Below are positions 54,383 to 64,000 of a DNA stretch of 64,000 nucleotides, piece by piece; position 1 is the first letter of the stretch; each line of letters begins with the position of its first letter. The DNA is taken from contig OX597816.1 in NCBI GenBank assembly GCA_951406725.2, positions 79,670,001-79,734,000 on the forward strand, given 5' to 3'. The position numbers and the translations under genes are program-made. Below the pieces are notes generated by a model. The model saw only the letters and a list, made by a program, of their open reading frames with translations, made no database searches and was not told the DNA's origin. The DNA comes from Octopus vulgaris (Eukaryota).

Positions 54383-55194
54383 GATGCTGTCGCGTTTTTG
54401 TTTTGTTGCTTTCCCCGTTAGGTGTTTCCGGAAGTTAAAGAGCGGGTCGGGCATTTTCATTGTGCCTGAAAGATTTTGCGAGTATGATACTCTGGATCCG
54501 GGTTCTAGTCTGTCTCTCTCTCCATCTCTTTCTCTCTTTCTCTTCTCTCTTCTTCTTTTCACCTCCTTCTCTATCTATCTCTATCTCTTTCCGTACTTCC
54601 TTTAGTTTAATCAACTTTGACACTATCTCCGGCACGCCGTCTCTCTCTATTGATGCAGTCACGGCACGCTCACCGAATAGAAGCGCCATCTATTAATTAG
54701 GCCGCATGCAGACGTTCTGTGAGCCACCTTGAAACACAGTCATTAAGTCATCTCGATAAAAGCGCGCAAAACTGCTTTACATTATTGCTGCAGTGTTGTC
54801 GGTGTCAAACAGAGTGTGTGCGTGTGTTGATGGTGCTGACTGTGAGGCGGTATTGGAGGTGTCGGTAATGTCATTCGTATCGGCTGTTCTTATTGTCGTC
54901 GTCACCATCGCCATTGTTGTTGCTGTTGCTGCTTTTGTCGTCTTTTTCTTGTTGTTGGTATTGTTATCACTTTAATTGTTATTGCTATTGTCGTTATTTG
55001 TGTCGTTGTTGTTGGCGGTGGTGCTGCGAGAGGTGATGTAGGCGGTAGTGGAGGTGGTGGCGATGGTGATAAAGGTAGTGATGGTGGTGGTGGTTGTGGT
55101 AGTTGTGTGTCAGTGAAACCGCTAGTGCAGTAACTACACCGATTATATTTGCATGCAGTCAATGTTGGTTCATTGGCTTTGTTGTTGCCGGTAT

Positions 55195-56410
55195 TGTTGT
55201 TTTAGCCCGGGCTAAACCCCACCTATCAAGCTGACCTATAATAAAAGACACTCCAGCACATTCCAGCCATGACCATTTCAACTTTTTTGTTTTGTTTATC
55301 AAGGAAAGCATTTCACAACGTATCCATCTATATTTTCGATGGAAGGGTACGATATGAAGAAAACTTGACTGCTATTTCTAACGTAGGGACACATTTATTG
55401 GCTCACTGCTCTTTATTTGCCCCTACGATGCTGCAATTACTGGTAGTGCTTCTGTTATTGTTGTTATTGTTGTTGTGGCAATTGTCATTCTAGCCATGAC
55501 CATCCTGTCTTTCACTCAACCATACTAAGTATATCAGATTATATCATACAATACGCTACTTCCTTCTTTGAAAACAAAATCAGTAGAATGTGAACTGAGA
55601 AAGATTTTGCTGCTATTTTTAGCAGTTCACGTAAAAGTCCTGTGGTTGAGTCATTGGTGTTTAGCTCTATGTCGACCATAGCGTTCTAATCGTGGCCACC
55701 TCGATTTTTTTTTTATTCAAGCATAGTGTACTCATTAACCAATATGCTCCTTTTATTGAGACAACAAGGGAGTTTTAGTTGTATTTTCTAGCACGATAAT
55801 TGACCACGTAAAGGTTACTATTCGTGATGTTGGAGAGACTATTCGGTTGTTGAAGGTACTTCAATTGTTTTTATTGCAATCATTGTTTTTGTTATTGTTG
55901 TTGCTTCTTAATTACGTTGCAATAGTTGGCACAGTTACCCCTACTGTTGTTGTTGCTAGTGTTCACGAGGATAATGATGACAACGATGACGATGTCGGCG
56001 ACATCGATGATGACGACGACGACAACGATGAGGACGGGTACGACAACGACGACGACAATGACGACGACGTCGACAACGACGACGACGTCGAAAACGATGA
56101 CAATTACGATAATAATGACAACGTCAATGGCAACGATAACGACGTCGAATACGATGACAATTACGTCAATAATGACATGTCAATGACAACGATAACGACG
56201 AGACGACGATTATGATGATGTTTGTTCGTAGTTGAAAATACCTTTGAATAAATGCATTTAAGCTGTGACAACCTCGTCTTTTTGTTATTTTTCAAGTAGC
56301 ATGCATCGGGGACTACATTATCAAATCTGCTCTTCTCCTTCTAAAACGGTATGATATGATTCGGAGGAGATGTGGCTGTCATTTCCAGCTGGTCGAAGGA
56401 TTGTGTTCAG
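55195..56410 (+). repeat. Cluster of four degenerate copies of a ~180-bp interspersed repeat in GTT/GAT low-complexity DNA
   Basis: Copies at ~55195-55385, 55485-55630, 55655-55810 and 56230-56410 share CATTC(C/T)AGCC(A/G)TGACCATC.. and GA(T)TTGGCTGCTATTTCTAGC-like blocks; also at ~8675-8830, 14750-14975, 23070-23240 and 33720-33910. Confidence 0.6.
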
Positions 56411-56605
56411 AGTCCCCGAATTTGATAGTGAAACAGTTATAGCAGATGATGTTACTACTGTTGATATATTTTGTGACTAGTGAAACTGTTAAGCACTTAA
56501 TTATGTTGTTGCTTCTGATACCGAAGACTACGTTGTTATTGCTATTGTATTTTCTCGATGTTGTTACAATAGCGGTATTGGTTCAGTTATTTCCATAGCT
56601 GCTGT

Positions 56606-57165
56606 CTTCTTCTTCTTCTTCTTCTTCTTCTTCTTCTTCTTCTTCTTCTTCTTCTTCTTCTTCTTCTTCTTCTTCTTCTTCTTCTTCCAATCAGGACTCA
56701 CGCCATTAGCTACAAAGAATAATTTCTAATTCGCGCCAACTCTAAGCTACTAAGAATGCGTGTGGCAACTTGAAGATCCACCCACCACACGTGATAGACT
56801 GGCGGTTGCACTGGCGCGAATGCTACGTTGTTATCCTCATTCCGTAAACGGTGACTTTTAACGGGTGGAGAGCTGAACCATCCTGGGGTACAGAGGATTC
56901 GCAATCTAGACAAGGGTCTGAAAGTTTACCACACCATTGTGGGTTACACCATGGTTCCTCTGCTTTGTGGCAGAAGTAGGAAGAAAGAGTGAGAAAAAGT
57001 TGTGGTGAGAGAATACAGCTGGGTTCGCCCCCCTCCGCCGGTGCCTCGTGGAGCTTAAGTGTTTTTACTCAATAAACACTCACAATGCCCGGTTTGGGAA
57101 TCGAAACCGCGTTCTTACGACCACAAGTCCGCTGCTCTAACCACTGGGCCATTGCGCCTCCACAC
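56606..57165 (-). mobile_element. tRNA-derived SINE-like element ending in a (GAA)n tail
   Basis: Minus-strand head GGAGGCGCAATGGCCCAGTGGTTAGAGCAGCGG..GGTTTCGATTCCC; plus-strand (TTC)n at 56606-56687. May be two fused elements. Confidence 0.65.
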
Positions 57166-59197
57166 CGCTGCTATTGCCGCTAAAACCTTTGTGGCATTTG
57201 AAACAGAAAGGCAGTGACCATATCTTTTCGGTTTATGACCCTCTTTCACAATGGCACAAAGAAATACTTGAGTAACGATAGTGTGAATAAAGGTAATATT
57301 TAGACAGAAACTTTATGATTCTTGAGAAAAAGACGAAGTCAAGTGAGATGTAGTTTTGGGGATGGGGTTGAAAAAAACGGCTATTAGATAGTGTAGAGAA
57401 GATAAATAGGTGTGACATAGTACAATAAAAACTGGATAATGTTAGAATGTCGTGAGAATAAACTTGTCTTCTCACGGTAAACTGACATTACCGCTTTTTA
57501 GAACTTCATTCTATTAATCGTACGCTGACACTTACTCCCATTAGACATTTCAAATTCAAATCGGTTTATCTTTCCTTTCTTAATTTTTCCGTTCGCATCC
57601 TTCCTTTATTCCTTCTTTCATTCAGTCATTTATTTTTTCTCTTTTTCTTTTATAGTCACTTTACTTATGAGTTTAATCCTAATTACTCAGCTAAAAACCA
57701 CCAATTATTTTCCTCACCATAATTCATCTGATGCCTGCCTAATGTTTTATACGTGTATATTGGCGAATTGACAGTACTACAGCTATGTAGCTTGGTGTTT
57801 GGTATTTTGTAATCAGTGCTGAGCAGTAAGCATGGCTTAGTAACGTTTTAAACAGTAAGTAGGTAAAACAAAGAAGGAGCAATTCATCATAGTAAATAGC
57901 AGCAGCAGCTGTAGAACTGGATGGTCGTTTAAAATGGTATTTGTTAATTCAGTGTGTTGATTTGGGTCTTCTAGTAAGTCTCAGCTATGATAAGAGGTAT
58001 TAACTATTTTACAGTAATTCTAAACACTATAAAACTGTGGAAAGTTTTAATTCCTATGTCGATCAACCAGAAGCGTTTGATCACGCTGGTTTCATATATA
58101 CTCTCCGGCTGTACTATGTCAATAACCATAGTTTCTGATCCTCATCCATAGGGTGAGATATATTTGAAATTGCTTTTATGTCTGTAGCGGTTGTAGGTAG
58201 TTGAATCATTAACTCACGTAACATTGGACATTTACAAATTTTTGTCACTGCTGAATACGATGAATTGTCCTGCCTATATATGAGAATTGTTAGCGCAGCT
58301 AGCAGGTTAATTGTTGGACGTTTAAAGTCATACGTCTCGATTAAAGATCTACTGCAACATACTCTAGCAGTAAATACACTTAATTCTCCGTTAATTGCTA
58401 TCACGAATAGACACGAAACAATATTTATCTAAAAGAGATGAGCGGATTCTATATCCAAGGAATGCTTGGAGAAATATTGGTTTATCTCTCCCTTGCTTTA
58501 ATGCCATGAAAACCGACCATTAAAATGCTCTTTGGGGATTATGAAACCTTTTCACTTATTTTTATAAGAGACTGGTGGCTATGATATGAAACGAAAAAAT
58601 GTGTCTGTCTGCTAGGAGATGTACTGACATTTTATCATTTCCATAACCATGTCTATTATAACTAAATCATTGCAGAAATGTAAAATCTGAAATATTTTTC
58701 TCTAAAAGTCTATCAATTTGTTTCTTTTTATAGTGGTACATCTAAAATATTTTGAAAAATGGGTAATAAAACAAGAATATTACGTAAAACATCACACACA
58801 TATTCAAAGCAAAATTAGTATCAAAATCCTTTTCAGTTTATCTACATCCTATAATAATAACATTATCGCAGTCTATCGCAGTTCGAACCGATGCAGGAGC
58901 CGCTACGTGGTCATTCCATCGATGAGGCGTAGCAATAAAATTTCTCTCAAATGCAACTGCATAAAAAATGAAAAAAGAACATGGATAATGTGACCTTAGA
59001 TTTCCAGATCAAAGGAAACAACAGCAGTAACAGCAATGACGAACTTATGCTTGTCAGGATTTTAGTCGTCAAAATTTTATTGGGATAACGGAAGCCTCTT
59101 ACACATAAATACATACATACGTTTATGTATGTGTATGTACATATGTATATGTATGTATACTTGTATATATGTGCGTAGACATGTATGTATGCATGTA

Positions 59198-59268
<71 letters not shown>

Positions 59269-59659
59269 TCAAAAGTCAAACACGTATAGGTATAACCAAA
59301 CGAACGGAAAAACGACACAGAATGCCAAGTTGAAAAACATGTACTAAATGCACAGATGAACAGAAAACAAACACAGAAGGTCACCGCAATTTCGTGCCAT
59401 TATCGATAATATTGCGTTCACTCTGGAGGCAACAAGCAAGAAAACTTGCTGGAAATGCGACCAAAACATTACAAAACAAAACGAGACAGACAAATAATGG
59501 ATGAACAGAAAATGGACATACGAAAATGAATAAAAGTACTTCGAGACGAGACTGTTAGTGGATAAGATAGCGAAAAAAAAGAAAGAAAGAAAGAAACAGA
59601 ATGTAGCCTTAAGGCCAGGTGAAGACAAGAAATGTGTGTGAGTGTGTGTGTATGTGTTC

Positions 59660-59906
59660 TGTAAATAATTATAAGCTTAAGCTTATAAGCGTTTAACGTA
59701 TATCGGCTATAGAAAATAGTCTAATATTGGGGCATATAAACTCTTGACGGAGAGAAATGGGTATTAGTACGCGTAGAAATTGAACACGTGTACTAATACT
59801 TATATTTTGTTTCCGTCAAGGGCTAATATGCCCCAATATTAGGCTATTTTCTACAACCAATATACTGTGAGCACATATGTGTTTAAGCTTATAATTATTA
59901 TTTACA
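59660..59906. mobile_element. ~250-bp foldback (palindromic) element, MITE-like
   Basis: Arms pair through TGTAAATAATTATAAGCTTAA, TAGAAAATAGTCTAATATTGGGGCATAT, CTTGACGGA and GTATTAGTAC, around an ~11-nt loop near 59775-59785. Confidence 0.85.
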
Positions 59907-60949
59907 ATATATATACATGTGTGTGTGTGTGCGTGTGTGTATTCCGAGTCACTAATGCTTTAGTACATAGTTTAAAAAAGGATGACAAAACTAGTCGGTT
60001 ACAGCTGGAAATTGAAAGAAATGTCTTGTAGGTATATAAGACTATTGTAGTAAATACTATAGCTATGAGTAACACTACTTATATCTAAACAAATTGTTGC
60101 ATGTAACGTGTTTGTTCTATTTTAATGCAGTTCTATGCTTTACAATATTAGTAAAAATATAAAATTTCTACTCCAAATCCTTCTATGTTTGCCTTTCTTT
60201 GTAATTGTTCTCCATTCCTGCTGTCCATTGAAAACTGTTTATTTTATCGTCAAATGATGCATAATTACAAATACATTAACAATATTTTTCATTCAAAACT
60301 ATTTTCGAATCGTTCATATGAACAACGAGGAACTATTTTTTCAAAATTATATTAAGTTGGTAGACTAGTTAATTTACGTTAAAAAGATTTAGAAGCTTAT
60401 TTCTCAATACTATTTAAATTCATCTTACGGTGTACTATGTAAATAAGTGAATTTAGGTTATAGAGTAATGTTTTAATTATTGCAATTAGTAATTAACACA
60501 ATATCACAGTCGAAACCACTCAGCATTTTTCTAAACACTGGAGACCCTTAGATACCATAATTTCGCCGAGTGACTGCTAGCAGAACCCGACAGTTGTATT
60601 CCTACTACTAAATAGAAAATGATTTGTACGTGATGTTATTTCATTGGGTGAATATAGAGGATGTGTTGTTCAGAGAACGTTTTGTGTTATGTTATAGAAT
60701 TAAAAATGGCTTGCATAGTATTTTAGCTGTTCGTCGCAGGGTTATTTTGGAGGGCAGTGTGTTGAATTATAAAGCCAGGTATGGTTTTTAAGTTTGTGTA
60801 CTTGTTCTTTATATTCAGTTAATATCGGTTAATATCACTACCAGTTAAAATTGGTACTATTATTAGTTTTCCCTGTTTATTTCCATTTCATGATTTTTGA
60901 ACTTAGATAATCTTATGATCTTTTTTCGCTCAATATTTTAGCTATACGG

Positions 60950-61160
60950 ATCGAAATACTTATCAGAATAGAGACTTCTTTCATATCCAAGGAGTTTATG
61001 TTAATCTTCTTGAGAGGCTGCACCAGATAATTATAACCAGATCATCGTCATGTTCCATTTTTGGTGCATGTTTAACCCACTTTTTAGCCATTTTTACTTC
61101 GAAGTGTTAGCATGGCTTTAGAAGCCTTCTGTTTCTACTGTTAGCCGATTGCTTTTGAAC
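60950..61160 (-). pseudogene. Very degraded R4/Dong-type LINE remnant
   Basis: Minus strand FKSNRLTVETEGF and KWVKHAP..IIW resemble motifs in the 44922-45690 copy. Confidence 0.35.
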
Positions 61161-61667
61161 CATGGCTCACATCCCCCATCCATCACTCACGACTTACATA
61201 TTATCGATCACAGTGTAGAATCCTTTCCTATTTTTACCTATTTAATTAATTCTGTTTTTATTTTAGTGTTTGTTTTTAAATTTTTTCTATTGTTTTGTCC
61301 ATTTGGAGGTGTTCCAGCATGCCCATAGCCTATGGGCAAAAATACGTAAAAAATGTTAGAATATATATATCTTTTTCTTCAGCGTAGATAGCGCCTTTCC
61401 TACTTTATTATTTCCTTATATTGAAGGAATATTTTAAAAACTTAGTTTTTTTTAATTAAATTAATCAGTTTTCATTAGAATTAACTAAAAACACTTGCTA
61501 ATTCTACTGTTGTCCTTTAATAATAGTTTTCTGCTTCCATAAAGATCCATTCTCCCTGTGTAAGATGGCGGTCATCTTTAATATGGTGTCTTCGGAACAC
61601 TGTGAGGAGATTACTTGTTTTTCTATTGAAATGCTTTTTATTCTCTTAATTTCCAACATTATTATGT

Positions 61668-62196
61668 TTACCTATTGTCAACTGAAAGCAGTTTTGGCAC
61701 AAATTTGGCAAACATGAGTTTCATACTCAAATCTTCGGTGATAATGGACTGAACTGAACCGTAACTAATCTGTACGTCTTCTGATAACTCATGGATGGTG
61801 ATTCGACGATTTCCCCTCACAGCTGCACGTGCATCTGCAATATTTTTCTCAAATCTGCTGGCTGCGGGTATCCCAGAACGTTCGTCAAAATCGACATTTT
61901 TTCGGTCATCTTGGAAACGTCTGGACCACTCGTAAACTTGCGTAGGGCTCATGCACTCCTCGCTATACACCTTCTGCTACTGAACAGATATCGCCATGAC
62001 AACTTTTTCTGTCATGGTCAATGCAACGATCACACGACGCACACCTTTCTTTCTTCCAAACAATTCCGTAAACAGCGCAAGTGCTAGAGCGTTAAAACTT
62101 AGTGCACATGCTCATCAGAATTCAAGGTCAATCTGTGCCAAGCAGCTTCACTCTGCATACTATGGTAACAATCCGGATACTTATTGATCAGACCTC

Positions 62197-62197
<1 letters not shown>
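61668..62197 (-). mobile_element. Mariner transposon 5' fragment
   Basis: TIR TA|CGAGGTCTGATCAATAAGTATCCGGA on minus. ORF has VYEWSRRFQD..DERSG.P..RRITIHELSEDVQISYGSVQSIITEDL..AKFVPKLLS (HTH and WVP-like motif). Confidence 0.85.
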
Positions 62198-62290
<93 letters not shown>

Positions 62291-62773
62291 TTATTTATAC
62301 ATATACATATATATATATATATATAATTCCTTAATACTTGCAGGCAAAATCGATGTACATTTTAACAGTAAATAAGTAAAACAAGATATCTGGTGTCTTG
62401 TAATAACAGCAGTGTTAAACATTAAATTTTCACATCTTTTTTTTGGTTATTGAATGTGTCCTATCCTGTCAAGGAAAAGAACGCAATACTTTCAGCGTGC
62501 TTGACTTAAGAACATGTGAGCTGGTATTGTGCACACAATTGTTTCGCTATTTTATCAAGCAAGTTTGAACTGCAAGACGCTTTTTATCAGTAGAAATAGC
62601 AAACGTAAATGCATTTACTATAGGAAACCTTTACAAAATTAAAAGCAACTTTTACACTTTTATCACACTCTTTTATTACAATTGCGAGTCAAGCAGGACA
62701 CCTTTTCACAATCGACCAAATTGATAGAAATAGCAGTTAACTATTCCTCAAATCACACTCTTCTGTCTAAAAA

Positions 62774-63890
62774 GCACTTGAATTATAATTTCAAACTCTT
62801 TTTCTTTCAAATTCTAGTAAATAAAATTATATTCCACTTTTTTTTTCACTTTAGATATATCTATATAGATATAGATATTTATATATATTTATATTTACTT
62901 TTAAAACTAAAATGCATCAAACACACAAACAAACACCTTTAACCATATGTGCTCGATCAAACTTGGGTGACCTATTGCTAAACAATAGCAACATCAAACT
63001 GTTTGCTGTATCGCATTATGTTACCTATTTACAGCTAAATGGACAAAGTCACTGAGAGTAGAATGTCTTGACTAGGAACGAAATAGCGCCAACTTTTTTG
63101 AAGACTGTTTGATGCTTTATGGAGATACTGTCTTCTGTAGTTCCTTAGCGACATAATGGAATTGAAATAAATGCAACTGCATATCGAAACCGTGCCATGT
63201 ATTTACAGGAAGTTTTTCTTTCTCCTCTCTAAATATTTATTTATTTCTGGTTAAGAAAACTGGATAGCAGTGGCATTTATATCATACCTGATGGTGTCAA
63301 AAATATAAGTGAAATTAAATAGTGTTCGAGTGAGAATCAGAATCGCTTCTCTGTCATCAATGTTAGGTGCTTACCTTCTATTCCAAAGAGTTATTGACGA
63401 CGTCCTATGATAAAAACAGAAGGATTTCTGACCATAAGGGAAGTACATTATTTTCCTTTAATGTGAGAAGAAAGACCTGATTGTGTGATGCTCATTACTT
63501 TTGTAACGGCATTCCCGATGTAAACTTAAATCCACAAGGTATGGAAACCAAGTCGCAGACTTGGCACGGCAGTAGTTTTATCTCCATTCCAATCCATTAT
63601 GTAAAACTATAATATGAAATACAAAAACCATGCAAAGAAAATTTTCAGCGGATTCCTTCTTTCAATTTAATGTAAAAACAACTTTAATAGAACAAACAAC
63701 AAATACAGATTTTTTGAGTGTTTTCAACGCACTTTAATTATAATTTCAAACTCTTTTTCTTTCAAATTCTAGTAAATAAAATTATATTCCATTTTTTTTT
63801 TCACTTTAGATATATTTATATAGATATAGATATTTATATATATTTATATTTACTTTTAAAATTAAAAAGCATCAAACAAACAAACAAACA
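62774..63890 (+). repeat. ~162-bp near-identical direct repeat pair (62774-62935 and 63729-63890)
   Basis: Aligns without gaps at offset 955 with only a few substitutions; also visible as the duplicated YNFKLFFFQILVNK ORFs. Confidence 0.9.
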
Positions 63891-64000
63891 AAGAAAAAAA
63901 TGACTTTAGTTTGTCATCTGACAATCAGTTCAACATCTTCAAATCCTTTCTGCAACAATTCTGCTTAGTAATAATGCTTATTTTTTTTCCTCATTTCTTT

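Noticed and set aside
55847-56215. Asp/Asn-rich acidic ORF (biomineralisation-like)
   Set aside because: It is a degenerate GAC/GAT/AAC repeat inside a repeat cluster, has a non-ATG start and no exon evidence.
57900-58700. ORF 58114-58404 and neighbours as a possible gene
   Set aside because: No recognisable domain; faint resemblance to a decayed R4-type LINE but too weak to call.
60540-60830. Possible 3' end of a mariner (GYFGG-like tail) pairing with the 61668-62197 fragment
   Set aside because: Orientation is inconsistent with that fragment and no matching TIR was found.

Overview
AT-rich eukaryotic (metazoan) non-coding DNA. The SINE families and very dense TA, TACA, TAA and GA microsatellites resemble an Octopus/coleoid cephalopod genome; this is recognised from memory, not from a database search. 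No host protein-coding exon, rRNA, true tRNA gene or CRISPR array can be supported, and almost all listed ORFs are microsatellite read-throughs. The window is a transposon graveyard. It holds a full-length but mutated 5.4-kb Tx1-clade LINE sitting inside a (TC)n tract (34960-40329), a near-complete DD37E (TRT-like) Tc1 element with IR/DR ends (28158-29725), a Chapaev3-type transposase remnant, two mariner remnants, several R4/Dong-type LINE fragments, a Penelope-like GIY-YIG fragment, several tRNA-derived SINE families, a non-autonomous Helitron and several MITEs or foldbacks. The most intriguing signals are two putative self-cleaving RNA motifs: an HDV-like ribozyme fold in a ~200-bp GC-rich island bounded by identical 22-nt repeats (47574-47775), and a repeated minimal hammerhead-like motif (41294-41329, 26606-26640). 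Both deviate from consensus and need testing.
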